This document shows positions 51,354 to 61,414 of a stretch of DNA of 64,000 nt, one piece after another; the stretch's first letter is position 1; each line of letters begins with the position of its first letter. The notes under the pieces were generated by a model. The model made no database searches. It saw nothing but the letters and a program-made list of their open reading frames with translations, and was not told where the DNA came from. The translations under genes were made by a program, and so were the position numbers. This DNA comes from Candidatus Parcubacteria bacterium (GTDB lineage: Bacteria > Patescibacteriota > Minisyncoccia > UBA6257 > HR35), in the NCBI GenBank assembly GCA_025999335.1, contig AP024681.1, positions 163,656-227,655 of the forward strand. The letters are read 5' to 3'.

Positions 51354-51451
51354 GACGCAGTTCACTTTGTGAACAAGGAGCCTGGGTAATGTAAGGGGCA
51401 GATTTATCTGCACCTTAACGCCACCCAGGCGACGCAGTTCACTTTGTGAAC
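51354..51451 (-). repeat. Conserved tRNA-Leu 5'-leader element, copy 2, with tandem 33-nt duplication
   Basis: 51354..51430 is near-identical to 21284..21356; cgccacccaggc|gacgcagttcactttgtgaac occurs twice (51342-51374 and 51419-51451). Confidence 0.6.
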
Positions 51452-51484
51452 TATTTCTTTATTACACTTATTGTAATATCATCA

Positions 51485-52225
51485 TTATTTTTTGCTGTTA
51501 TCTCTATTATAAAACGCTTCTAAAACCTTATCGAGCTTACCTTCCATAATCTCATCTAAATTATACCATGATTTATTCAAACGATGATCTGTTAATCTAT
51601 TTTGAGCAAAATTATAAGTTTTAATTTTCTCTGATCTTTCTTGAAAGCCTATCTGTTTTTTACGCTCTTCATCAACACTACCAATTATTTTTCTTTGCTC
51701 TTGTTCTCTTAATTTACTTTTTAAAATTTCTAAAGCCAATTCACGATTTTTTTGCTGACTTCTCTCTGTTTGGCAACTAACGATAATTCCCGATGGTTTG
51801 TGTAAAATTCTTACCGCAGTTTCAACTTTATTAACATTTTGACCTCCAGGTCCACCAGCTCTAAAAAAGCTTATCTCTAAATCACTATCTTTAATAATAA
51901 TATCATTAACTTTAATCTTAGGAATAATAGCCACTGAAGCTGTTGAGGTATGCAATCTACCGCTTTTTTCTGTCACCGGCACCCTTTGGACGCGATGAAC
52001 TCCTGCTTCATTTTTTAGCAAATCATACACTCCTGGACCTGAAATTTCAGCAATAATTGTTTTAATGCCATTCAAAGAACTCTGGTTTAAGTCTAACACT
52101 CTAAATTTAAAACCTTTCTTTTCAAAAAATTTAGAATACATATTCCATAAATCTTTTGCAAATAAAGCAGCTTCTTCACCTCCAACTCCAGCGCGAATCT
52201 CAAAATATATTGATTGATTTTCCAT
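51485..52225 (-). CDS. prfA: Peptide chain release factor 1-like, lacking N-terminal domain 1
   Basis: PVT (RF1-type PxT) tripeptide; GGQ in [23 protein letters not shown]; begins at the position equivalent to E. coli RF1 residue ~107; in-frame stop 4 codons upstream. Confidence 0.75.
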   Translation of the reverse strand: MENQSIYFEIRAGVGGEEAALFAKDLWNMYSKFFEKKGFKFRVLDLNQSSLNGIKTIIAEISGPGVYDLLKNEAGVHRVQRVPVTEKSGRLHTSTASVAIIPKIKVNDIIIKDSDLEISFFRAGGPGGQNVNKVETAVRILHKPSGIIVSCQTERSQQKNRELALEILKSKLREQEQRKIIGSVDEERKKQIGFQERSEKIKTYNFAQNRLTDHRLNKSWYNLDEIMEGKLDKVLEAFYNRDNSKK

Positions 52226-52315
52226 TAATAAAAATTAACTATTAATACTTATTATTAAATTATTAGAAATCAAAAAACATCAACTTTTTTCTTTATAAAA
52301 TCAATAATTATTTTT

Positions 52316-52519
52316 CTATGATTTTTTCTTTTGTCTTCTTAAGAATTTCTCAACTTGACCAATAATAACCTTCTTCTCCTCTTGACCAGTAAACACCGGC
52401 GAACAGCGACTGCATATTTCCGTTAAAATTTCCGGCTTTGTTGCCTTTACTTCATATTCCTCACCGCAAACACACTTTACTTTAGCTGCAAAAATTTTAG
52501 GATGAATTTGCTGTTTCAT
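52316..52519 (-). CDS. rpmE: 50S ribosomal protein L31
   Basis: MKQQIHPKI...CVCGEEYEV...CSRCSPVFTGQ zinc-ribbon bL31. Confidence 0.85.
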   Translation of the reverse strand: MKQQIHPKIFAAKVKCVCGEEYEVKATKPEILTEICSRCSPVFTGQEEKKVIIGQVEKFLRRQKKKS

Positions 52520-52705
52520 TTTTTAAATAATTTTTTAATACTTCTTAATTAACTTTATAGGTAGTATTAATTATATTTTTATGTTATAATTAAAGAAATA
52601 AATAACAAGACAAATAGTCGAACAATAAAATTGTTAATTTTTTATTGAATTAAAATTATAATTATCAAATTATAACATAATTTAGTTATTGCGCAAAATT
52701 ACAAA

Positions 52706-53482
52706 ATGACAAACAAGATACAACAACAAGAAAACGAAACAACCAGTCTTAATAAGAATATTTTTGAAGAAATGATGAAAGCTGGAGTTCATTATGGAAG
52801 AGCAAAAAGATTTACCCATCCTTTAATGAAACCTTTTCTTTTAAAAACAAATAAAAAAATAGAATTATTTAATCTAAAAATCACTCTTGCAAAAATAAAA
52901 CAATGTGCCGCTGTTATAAAAAACCACTTAGAACAAAATAAAACAATATTATTTATAGGCGTAGCACCGGCATCTCAAAATCCCATTCAACGCATTGCAA
53001 CAACTTTAAATCAACCGTATGTAAATTTCAAATGGGTTGGAGGATTTTTGACAAACTTCCAAACAATTCAAGCTCGATTAATATATTTTAAAAATCTTCT
53101 TCAAAAGGAAGCTAACAATGAATTAAAAGATTACTTCCCCAAAGAACGAAGCAAAATAGAAAAAGAGATTCAAAAGTTAAAAAACATATATAGTGGAGTT
53201 ATTGATTTAAACAAGCTTCCTGATTTAACATTTATAGTCAATCTAAACTTCCCCGCTCATATTACCGCTAAAAGAGAAAGTTTAAAAATGAAAATTCCAA
53301 TTATGGCTATTACAGGTTCAGATAATAATATTAGTAATGTTGATTTTATAATGCCTGCTAATGATAAAGCGCCAAAAAGTATTAACTGGATTATTGATAA
53401 GCTAATTCAAGAAATTAAAAATAATCAAACAAAAACTAGTGAAATTAAAACCGATAAGCCTGATAGCAATAACAATCAATAA
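52706..53482 (+). CDS. rpsB: 30S ribosomal protein S2
   Basis: MMKAGVHYGRAKRFTHPLMKPF N-terminal motif. Confidence 0.85.
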   Translation: MTNKIQQQENETTSLNKNIFEEMMKAGVHYGRAKRFTHPLMKPFLLKTNKKIELFNLKITLAKIKQCAAVIKNHLEQNKTILFIGVAPASQNPIQRIATTLNQPYVNFKWVGGFLTNFQTIQARLIYFKNLLQKEANNELKDYFPKERSKIEKEIQKLKNIYSGVIDLNKLPDLTFIVNLNFPAHITAKRESLKMKIPIMAITGSDNNISNVDFIMPANDKAPKSINWIIDKLIQEIKNNQTKTSEIKTDKPDSNNNQ

Positions 53483-53527
53483 CTAATTGTTCGTCGTTAT
53501 TATTGTCAATTATTATTTTTTAGATCA

Positions 53528-54118
53528 ATGGATAAAGAATTATTAGAAAAAATAAAACTACTTAGAGAACAAACAGGAGCGCCCATTGGTAAATGCAAAG
53601 AAGCTTTAGAAAAAGAAAAGGGAGATATTGAAAAAGCTAAAATTCTTCTTAGAAAAATTGGAGAAAATTTATTAGATAAAAAAAAGGAAATTGTTGCTGG
53701 TAACGGTATTATTGAAGGTTATATTCATTTCAATGGTCGGGTTGGATCTTTAATCGAACTTCGCTCTGAAACAGATTTTGTTGCTAAAAGTCCTGATTTT
53801 AAAAATTTAGCTCATCAACTAGCATTACAAATAGCAACAATGAAACCTCTTTATATAGACATTAAAGATATTCCTCAAGATATCTTAGAAAGCAAAAAAG
53901 ATGAATTCAGCGAAGATATTAAAGATAAACCGGGCAACATAAAAGATCAAATTATTCAAGGTAGAATTAATAAATGGGCTGAAGAAATTTGCTTACTGCA
54001 ACAACCATATTTTAAAGACGAAAATATTAAAATTAAAGATTTAATTAATGAATATACAAATAAATTTGGCGAAAAAATTGAAGTTAAAAGATTTATAAGA
54101 TTTAGCGTTGATGATTAA
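53528..54118 (+). CDS. tsf: Elongation factor Ts (short form)
   Basis: LLREQTGAPIGKCKEALEKEKGDIEKAKILLRKIG UBA-like N-domain; follows rpsB. Confidence 0.85.
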   Translation: MDKELLEKIKLLREQTGAPIGKCKEALEKEKGDIEKAKILLRKIGENLLDKKKEIVAGNGIIEGYIHFNGRVGSLIELRSETDFVAKSPDFKNLAHQLALQIATMKPLYIDIKDIPQDILESKKDEFSEDIKDKPGNIKDQIIQGRINKWAEEICLLQQPYFKDENIKIKDLINEYTNKFGEKIEVKRFIRFSVDD

Positions 54119-54419
54119 TTATTATTTAATCATTTTAGGTTATTTTTTTATACTTCTTTCCATTATTTTACTTTACATTAAAATAAAAAAAACACCTCTT
54201 GCTAAAGAAGATAACATTTATTGGGCTAGATTATCTAAACAAATTAAAGAATATAAAGCGAAAACTCTTAACATCTTAAAAATTTCCGAAGAAGAAATTA
54301 TTTACTTAATTAAAAACTTATTAGAAAAAATATTACTAAGGATTAAAATTGAAGCCTTAAAAGTCGAAACTTGGGCAAATAAAAATTTAGAAAAACTAAG
54401 AAATAAAAACAGTGTTTAG
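54108..54419 (+). CDS. Small hypothetical membrane protein
   Basis: One TM helix then charged coiled-coil-like tail. Confidence 0.3.
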   Translation: MMINYYLIILGYFFILLSIILLYIKIKKTPLAKEDNIYWARLSKQIKEYKAKTLNILKISEEEIIYLIKNLLEKILLRIKIEALKVETWANKNLEKLRNKNSV

Positions 54420-54532
54420 TTTGTTAATAAAAAAATAGATAATAATATATAATAAATTTAGAAAATCAAAAAATAATTAATATAAAATATAATATATTAA
54501 CCGTCGTTATTAAATTTATTTTTATATAAATT

Positions 54533-54778
54533 ATGAAAAAAATAACCATCTATACTACAACATATTGCCCTTGGTGTCAGGCAACTAAAGATTTTCTTAA
54601 ACAAAATAATTATGAATTTGAAGAAAAGAACGTTGAGAATAATCCTGAATGGGCGAACGAAATGGTAGAAAAATCTGGACAATATGGCGTGCCTGTTATT
54701 GACATTGAAGGCAAAATAATAGTTGGTTATTCTCCTGAAGAAATTATGGAGGCTATTAAAGGTGAAGACAATAATTAG
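54533..54778 (+). CDS. Glutaredoxin-like protein (NrdH/YruB-type, CPWC active site)
   Basis: ITIYTTTYCPWCQATKDFL...GVPVIDIEGKIIVGYSPEEI thioredoxin-fold motifs. Confidence 0.75.
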   Translation: MKKITIYTTTYCPWCQATKDFLKQNNYEFEEKNVENNPEWANEMVEKSGQYGVPVIDIEGKIIVGYSPEEIMEAIKGEDNN

Positions 54779-54805
54779 TAAATTAAAATTTCTGCTCTGA
54801 TAATA

Positions 54806-55735
54806 ATGAAACAAGGCATTATCATTGGCGCTTCGGCAGCTGGTTTGTCAGCGGCAATCTATTTAAAAAGACAAAACATAGATTTTCAGATAATAAGCAA
54901 GGACATAGGAGGAGAAATGGCATTATCTGGAATCATTGAAAACTACCCTGGCTTTCCTCTTACTGATGGCGTTGCTTTAACTCAAAAATTCAAAGAGCAT
55001 ATTGATAAATATGAAATTTCCGTTATTAATGATACGGTCAATGCTTTAGCTATAGAAAAACAAAACGAGCATCAACAATACTTTAAAGTCATTACCGCAA
55101 AGAATGTTTATACAGCAAAAACAATAATTATTGCCACAGGAAGCACGCCAAAAAAATTAAATATTCCCGGGGAAGAAAAATTCTATCACAAAGGTTTAAG
55201 TTACTGTTCTGTTTGTGACTTACCGTTATTTAAAGATAAAGTTGTTACAATCATTGGTGGCGGTAATTCAGCTAATGAAGCTGGTATTATGGGTTCAAGG
55301 ATATGCAAGCAAGTGTATGTCATAACCAAAAATCCGATGATGAAAGGCGATAAAATACTTATTGAAGAGTTAAAATCTAAAGCAAATGTCAAAATTATTT
55401 TTAATGCTTTAACTCAAGAAATTATTGGAGAGAATTTTGTTAGTGGCGTAAAATATAATGACTTAGTTAGCGGAGAAACTAACTATTTAAAAACCGATGG
55501 CGTGTTTATTCATATTGGCTTACAACCAAATACTAAATTTATCCCCCCGGAATGGAATTTAATGAATAGCTACGGAGAAATTATTGTTAATGAATTGTGT
55601 CAAACAAAAATACCCGGCATTTTTGCTGCTGGCGATGTTACCAACATTCCTCATAAACAAATAGGCATTGCCGTTGGACAAGGAATTATAGCCGGTTTAG
55701 AAGCTATAAAATTTATAAACAGCTTGGGATCATAA
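54806..55735 (+). CDS. trxB: Thioredoxin-disulfide reductase (low-MW TrxR family)
   Basis: FAD motif GIIIGASAAG; redox CSVCD; NADPH-site GGGNSA; C-terminal GDV... Confidence 0.8.
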   Translation: MKQGIIIGASAAGLSAAIYLKRQNIDFQIISKDIGGEMALSGIIENYPGFPLTDGVALTQKFKEHIDKYEISVINDTVNALAIEKQNEHQQYFKVITAKNVYTAKTIIIATGSTPKKLNIPGEEKFYHKGLSYCSVCDLPLFKDKVVTIIGGGNSANEAGIMGSRICKQVYVITKNPMMKGDKILIEELKSKANVKIIFNALTQEIIGENFVSGVKYNDLVSGETNYLKTDGVFIHIGLQPNTKFIPPEWNLMNSYGEIIVNELCQTKIPGIFAAGDVTNIPHKQIGIAVGQGIIAGLEAIKFINSLGS

Positions 55736-55751
55736 AAATACAATTTAAACA

Positions 55752-57149
55752 ATGAACTTTCAGAATTTAACTATTTCCGAAATTAAACAACATTTAAATA
55801 AAAAAAATATTAATGATTTTTATCATCACTACTTTGAATTTTTAAAAAAAGAAAATGAACAAATAAAAGGTTTTCTTTTTTTTACCGAAAAATTAGCTTT
55901 TGAAACTATAGAGCAAATAAAAAATAAAGATACAAGTTTGCCCTTGTGGGGCGTGCCTATAGCTATTAAAGATAATATAATGGTAAAAAATGAAAAATGC
56001 ACCGCGGGATCGTTAATCTTAGAAAATTACATTGCTCCTTACGATGCTACAGTGGTAAAAAAATTAAAAAATGCTGGAGCAGTTATTGTTGGCAAAACCA
56101 ATCTTGATGAATTTGCTATGGGATCATCAACAGAGAATTCTGCTTTTGCTAAAACTCTTAATCCTTTCGATCCATCGAGAGTTCCCGGAGGTTCATCAGG
56201 AGGTTCAGCAGCCGTAGTAGGTAAAGGTTTAATACCTATTGCTTTAGGCTCCGACACCGGTGGCTCGATTAGGCAACCAGCATCTTTTTGCGGTGTTTAT
56301 GGGCTTAAACCAACATATTCAACTGTTTCTCGTTTTGGACTTATTGCTATGGCATCGTCTTTAGATCAAATAGGACCATTTGCTAAAAATTTAAATGATT
56401 TAATTTTACTATTTAAAATAATATACGGCAAAGATTATCTTGACAGCACTTCTCAAAACTATCAAAACAATAATCAACGAATCGCAACTATTGGCATACC
56501 CGATGAAGTTTTCAGTTTAGGTTTAGATCCTGAAGTTAAAAATGCTTTTGACGATTTTATTAAAAAAGTAAAAACAAAATATAATGTAAAACAAATTTCT
56601 TTGCCTTCTCTACCTTATGCTTTGCCAACTTACTACTTAATAATGACTGCTGAAGTTAGCTCTAATCTAGCAAGATATGACGGCATTAAATACGGTCGCC
56701 GAAGCGCTAATCACGACTTGCTAAATCAATATTTACAAACACGTAAAATGTATCTTGGTAAAGAAGTTAAACGACGAATACTTTTAGGTTCGTTTGTCTT
56801 ATCTCATGGCTATTACGAAGCCTATTATTTAAAAGCTCTTAAAGCAAGAAAATTTATTTTTCAAGATTTCCAAAAAGCCTTTCAAGATGTCGATTTAATT
56901 TTAATGCCTACTTCGCCTACTCTACCTTTTCGTTTCAATGAAAAAACTCAAGATCCTTTAACAATGTATCTCGCCGATATTTTCACGGTAGCTGTTAATT
57001 TAGCATACTTACCAGCGATATCGTTTAATATATCGTTCTATAAAAATCAACAAAATAACTATAGCCTACCTATTGGTTGTCAAGCCATAGCTAATCTTTA
57101 CGAAGAAGAAAAAATATTTTCATTTTTACAAAGTCTTAATTTTAACTAA
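55752..57149 (+). CDS. gatA: Glutamyl-tRNA(Gln) amidotransferase subunit A
   Basis: Amidase signature GGSSGGSAAVV...GSDTGGSIRQPA. Confidence 0.8.
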   Translation: MNFQNLTISEIKQHLNKKNINDFYHHYFEFLKKENEQIKGFLFFTEKLAFETIEQIKNKDTSLPLWGVPIAIKDNIMVKNEKCTAGSLILENYIAPYDATVVKKLKNAGAVIVGKTNLDEFAMGSSTENSAFAKTLNPFDPSRVPGGSSGGSAAVVGKGLIPIALGSDTGGSIRQPASFCGVYGLKPTYSTVSRFGLIAMASSLDQIGPFAKNLNDLILLFKIIYGKDYLDSTSQNYQNNNQRIATIGIPDEVFSLGLDPEVKNAFDDFIKKVKTKYNVKQISLPSLPYALPTYYLIMTAEVSSNLARYDGIKYGRRSANHDLLNQYLQTRKMYLGKEVKRRILLGSFVLSHGYYEAYYLKALKARKFIFQDFQKAFQDVDLILMPTSPTLPFRFNEKTQDPLTMYLADIFTVAVNLAYLPAISFNISFYKNQQNNYSLPIGCQAIANLYEEEKIFSFLQSLNFN

Positions 57150-57724
57150 TGCCTGTTCTCCAGCTAACAATAGGTAAAATTTTAAAACTAATTGAGGGAA
57201 CGGTGCAAATTCTTTACGATAATTTATTTTTTCTTAGTGAACTTTTCTTTTATATCTTAATATTAACATTCTGCTTTATTTTAATAACCAAATATATTAT
57301 TAACGAATTGAAATATCAAAAAGAAATAAAAAAATGGCAAACTTATTATAAATTGCTCTCTTATTATTTTTTCTTAAAGAAAAAAAATAAACGTTTTGCC
57401 GAAATTAAAGAAACATTCTATCTCAACAAAATAGCAGCTCTTTATGAATTAAGAAATCTTCTCCACGAAGCATTAACAACTTTTGGCTATGAAGGATCTT
57501 TAAAAGAACAATTAGAAGCAGTCAAGAATAACTTAATACCCAATGTTGACCAATTAAAAAAAGCAGAAACAATTTTTAATCTCCTCGAAGAAAAATATAA
57601 ACAACAAGGAAATATCAAGTTAAACGAAAACGATTTTTTAGTTTTATTTCATACTTACGAAACAGCTCTTTTTAATTTAAAGATTATTAATCAGGAAGAT
57701 TTTTTGGCAACACATCTAAAGTAA
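57149..57724 (+). CDS. Hypothetical protein with one TM segment
   Basis: ATG overlaps the gatA stop; no recognisable motif; not GatB/GatC-like. Confidence 0.3.
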   Translation: MPVLQLTIGKILKLIEGTVQILYDNLFFLSELFFYILILTFCFILITKYIINELKYQKEIKKWQTYYKLLSYYFFLKKKNKRFAEIKETFYLNKIAALYELRNLLHEALTTFGYEGSLKEQLEAVKNNLIPNVDQLKKAETIFNLLEEKYKQQGNIKLNENDFLVLFHTYETALFNLKIINQEDFLATHLK

Positions 57725-59003
57725 CATCAATTAAAATTTCTTTATTATCTCTTAAAACTTTTAAGGTTATTTTTTGCCCAACTTCTTTTTTAGCAATAAT
57801 CTGCGCTAAAGATTTTTGAGTAGTAATCATTTCATTATCGACAGACAAAATAATATCTCCATTGCGTAAACCTGCTTTAGCTGCCGGTGAATTAGGAATA
57901 ATTGGTGATTTCTTGTCGTTATAAACATAAGCACCATAACTAACAGGCAATTTATATTCTTTTTGAACTGCTTCATCAATCAAAATATAATAAACTCCTA
58001 AAAAAGGCACTTCTATAAAACCTTTTTTATTAATTTGATCTATCATTTTCTTCAAGCGATTAACTGGAATAGCAAAACCGATATTTTCAGCTCCACTAGC
58101 TATAGCTGTATTAATAGCAATCACTTCTCCTTTAAGATTTAACAAAGGACCACCAGAATTACCGAAATTAATAGCAGCGTCAGTTTGAATTAAATCTTCT
58201 AACTTCTCAATATTACCTCGTTCATCATTGGCTATCAGACTTCTTCGTAATCCGGAAACTAATCCAAAGCTTACGGTATTTTGAAATTCTCCTAAAGCAT
58301 TACCAATAGCTATGACAAATTGACCTATCTTTATGTTATCTGAATCACCCAAGGGTAAAACTGGTAAATTATCAGCATTTATTTTTAGAAGAGCTAAATC
58401 GTCAACAGGATGAACTGCTAAGACCTTAGCGTCATATTTTTTACCATTATTAAGATAAACCGTATATTCAGCCTTGGGATCACTAACTACATGCTTATTA
58501 GTAGCGATCAATCCATTTTTAGAAACTATAAAGCCGCTACCTCCACCAACTTTTTCTTTCTTTAACTCTTCTTTTTGTTTATATTGAGGAATTTGAAATT
58601 GAAAAAATTTTCTTATTTCTGGCGGTAGAGGAAAATCATCGTCAAAAGAAAAAGGATTAATATAATACTGCTCAACAATTGGAACATATTTAGTAATAAC
58701 AATACTTACAACTGCTGGATTAGCTTTGTCAACAAGAGAAATAATCGCATCTTCAAAATCAAAAATAGAACTTATTTTATCACTGGTAATGTTTTTAGTT
58801 AACGGAGGTCTCAAAAAATCAGACTGTTGCTTCGTTTCGTAAGGATAAGATGGAAAAGTCGATATATTGCCATAATTAAATAATGACCTTAAATAATCCA
58901 ACCAATTATCCTGAGAACCAATAGCAAAATTAGCCGAGAACAAAGAAATTCCTAAAATATATAGAGCAATAATAAAAAATAATATATTATTGCGCCAATT
59001 CAT
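57687..59003 (-). CDS. htrA: HtrA/DegP-family serine protease with C-terminal PDZ domain
   Basis: Catalytic GNSGGPLLN; His/Asp context; PDZ-like C-terminus; N-terminal TM. Confidence 0.8.
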   Translation of the reverse strand: MNWRNNILFFIIALYILGISLFSANFAIGSQDNWLDYLRSLFNYGNISTFPSYPYETKQQSDFLRPPLTKNITSDKISSIFDFEDAIISLVDKANPAVVSIVITKYVPIVEQYYINPFSFDDDFPLPPEIRKFFQFQIPQYKQKEELKKEKVGGGSGFIVSKNGLIATNKHVVSDPKAEYTVYLNNGKKYDAKVLAVHPVDDLALLKINADNLPVLPLGDSDNIKIGQFVIAIGNALGEFQNTVSFGLVSGLRRSLIANDERGNIEKLEDLIQTDAAINFGNSGGPLLNLKGEVIAINTAIASGAENIGFAIPVNRLKKMIDQINKKGFIEVPFLGVYYILIDEAVQKEYKLPVSYGAYVYNDKKSPIIPNSPAAKAGLRNGDIILSVDNEMITTQKSLAQIIAKKEVGQKITLKVLRDNKEILIDVTLDVLPKNLPD

Positions 59004-60193
59004 TTTTTGCTAATAAATTGATTTAAAATATTAATAAAATAATCGACCTCCTTTTCAGTGTTGTTTAATCCAAATGATACGCGAATTGTTTTGTCTGCTC
59101 TCTCTTTGCCAAAAACTTCCTTAATTATATAACTAGAACTAGAAGCGCGTGACTGGCAGGCTATGCCTGTAGATACAGCGATATTATTACTATCTAAGTA
59201 TAGCAAAGTTTCTTGACTTTGTCTATTTTTTATATAAAGGCTAAGGATTTTATTTGTTACAAAAGGAAAGTTATTGTTAACCTCAACATCTTTTAAGCTG
59301 AGCAACTTGTTAAGACAATAAGATCTTAAATTATCTAAAAAATTTCTAATTTTATCTTTTTCGTTTGTTAAAATATTCAAAGCCGTAGCAAAACCAACTA
59401 TTAACGGCACGGGCAAAGTACCAGCTCTTAATCCATATTCACCTTCAGAACCATGAATAATAGGAATTAAAGGCGTGCCTAATTTAACATATAACATAGC
59501 CACCCCTTTAGGACCGTAAATTTTATGTGACGACAGCGTCATCAAGTCAACATTTAAATCGCCAACATTTATATTTTCCGTAAGCACTTGAGCGGCATCA
59601 ATGTGAAAATAAATTTTATTTTTTCTTTGTTTGTTAATCTCTTGCAATTTCTTGCCAATGTTAATTATATCTTGAACAACGCCTATTTCGCTATTAACAT
59701 AATGTATGGAAATTAAAACAGTATTTTCTTTAATGTTTTTTATAATATCGTCAACAGAAACAAGACCTGGCGTTGAAGAATTATCATCCAAAGAGCCTGG
59801 CTTAACATAGGAAACTTCAATATTTTTTTTCTCTTCAAGATAATCTAAAATACCGAAAATAGAAGGATGCTCAATAGTAGTTGTAATAATATGCGGCTTA
59901 TAATCCCTAATTGTAAATTCTTTTGTTAATAAAAAATAATCAATCAAACCTTTAATTGCTAAATTATTACTTTCCGTAGCTGATGATGTAAAAATAATTT
60001 CCCGACTATAATTAGCTTTAATAATATTTCTTATTATCTCGCGACTATCATCAAGAGCCTTAAGAGCTTCTTGACCAAAGGAATGCAAGCTAAAATGATT
60101 GCCAAATTTATCATCATAATATTCGCTCATAGCCTTAATTACTTCCTTGCGCGTAAAGGTTGTTGCTGCGTAATCAAAATATATTTTCTTCAT
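59000..60193 (-). CDS. iscS: Cysteine desulfurase (class V aminotransferase, IscS/NifS-like)
   Basis: PLP-lysine motif SSHKIYGPKGVAMLYV; catalytic Cys loop GIACQSRASS. Confidence 0.7.
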   Translation of the reverse strand: MKKIYFDYAATTFTRKEVIKAMSEYYDDKFGNHFSLHSFGQEALKALDDSREIIRNIIKANYSREIIFTSSATESNNLAIKGLIDYFLLTKEFTIRDYKPHIITTTIEHPSIFGILDYLEEKKNIEVSYVKPGSLDDNSSTPGLVSVDDIIKNIKENTVLISIHYVNSEIGVVQDIINIGKKLQEINKQRKNKIYFHIDAAQVLTENINVGDLNVDLMTLSSHKIYGPKGVAMLYVKLGTPLIPIIHGSEGEYGLRAGTLPVPLIVGFATALNILTNEKDKIRNFLDNLRSYCLNKLLSLKDVEVNNNFPFVTNKILSLYIKNRQSQETLLYLDSNNIAVSTGIACQSRASSSSYIIKEVFGKERADKTIRVSFGLNNTEKEVDYFINILNQFISKK

Positions 60194-60261
60194 TGTTGTT
60201 TTGAGGTTTTAAAGTATAATGAAATAAATATTAATAAATTATACTACAGATTACAAAGACA

Positions 60262-60570
60262 ATGAAGATTATTTGGACAAAACATGCTGAAAAAAAATTA
60301 CGTTTCTATCAATTATCCAAACAACGAATTATTCGAATTATCAAAAAACCTTATCGTATCGAAGAAGGCATTGCTCCTAAAACTATAGCGATGATGCAAC
60401 CAGTTAATCCTAAAAATAATAAATGGAAACAAGAAATTTGGACAATGATTCAAAAAACTAAATCTACAACAAAAATAATTTCAGCTTGGCGATATCCGGG
60501 TATTTCCCCCAACAATAATCCTATACCCGCAGATATTATTTTTGAACTCCAAAAGGCTGGTTTCCTTTAA
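60262..60570 (+). CDS. Hypothetical basic protein
   Basis: 102 aa, K/R-rich, no recognised motif. Confidence 0.3.
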   Translation: MKIIWTKHAEKKLRFYQLSKQRIIRIIKKPYRIEEGIAPKTIAMMQPVNPKNNKWKQEIWTMIQKTKSTTKIISAWRYPGISPNNNPIPADIIFELQKAGFL

Positions 60571-60608
60571 AGAAAAAGTTAAGTTATAATTAATTTTGAT
60601 ACTATTAA

Positions 60609-60680
60609 GGCACGGTGGCGGAGTGGTTACGCAACGGTCTGCAAAACCGTTTTACGTGGGTTCAATTCCCACCCGTGCCT
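60609..60680 (+). tRNA. tRNA-Cys (anticodon GCA), U73 discriminator
   Basis: GGCACGG-TG-GCG-GAGTGGTTA-CGC-AA-CGGTC-TGCAAAA? best resolved as ACGGT-CTGCAAA-ACCGT; T-arm GTGGG-TTCAATT-CCCAC; CCGTGCC-T. Confidence 0.75.
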
Positions 60681-60784
60681 CAATTTAAGTTTACATCTAC
60701 CTTGATTAAATTAAAACATCAAACACGTTTATATTGTTTAACTCTATTAAAAATTTACTCTTTTATTTAAAAAATTGCACAATT

Positions 60785-61411
60785 CTATATTGATTGAATA
60801 AGCTCTATAATTTCAGGAAATGTCTCTTGATTAAAATGTTCTTTATTATCAAAGATAATAACTTCGGCGTTTGGTAATTTTTGTTGATATTTAATAAGAT
60901 GTGACAAAGAAACAACCGGGTCATCTTTGCTATATAATAAATATATTTTTTCTACCTGTTGCGCAAATTTTTCTAAAGACAAAGGTAAAGTAAAATCAAT
61001 TAACGATTCATAAGCATCTAGAGAGTCGGAATCGTCAAAAGGAACGGCTACAAGAATAGTAGCTTTAATTTTCTTTAAAAAAGTGTTTTCGGCTAAGTAT
61101 TTAGCAAGAAAAATTCCTCCCAAAGAATGTCCAATTAAAATTAAATCATCGTTTAAAACTTCGGTAATTCTCTCAAACCAAATCTTCCACTCTTTATATC
61201 GCGCATTAGTAGCGTTGGGCATACGCGGCATTAAAATTTCATAATTACTGCCTAATACTAATTCAAGAGAATTTTTCCAATCTTGCCGCGGTTTTAGTTT
61301 TTCAATGTTTATATCTTTAGTTTGAAGATATTTAATATAATCTTCATAGGTTTTAAAACTAGTACCGCCATGAATTACAACAACTTGCTTTTTAAGCATA
61401 GTCATACCCAA
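60785..61411 (-). CDS. Alpha/beta-hydrolase fold esterase/lipase
   Basis: GHSLGG nucleophile elbow; 208 aa. Confidence 0.6.
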   Translation of the reverse strand: MGMTMLKKQVVVIHGGTSFKTYEDYIKYLQTKDINIEKLKPRQDWKNSLELVLGSNYEILMPRMPNATNARYKEWKIWFERITEVLNDDLILIGHSLGGIFLAKYLAENTFLKKIKATILVAVPFDDSDSLDAYESLIDFTLPLSLEKFAQQVEKIYLLYSKDDPVVSLSHLIKYQQKLPNAEVIIFDNKEHFNQETFPEIIELIQSI

Positions 61412-61414
61412 ATC

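Noticed and set aside
52520-52705. Explicit promoter calls in the divergent rpmE / rpsB intergenic region and other AT-rich spacers
   Set aside because: The uniformly A/T-rich sequence yields many near-consensus -10/-35 hexamers by chance. Only the rRNA upstream candidate is reported, at low confidence.
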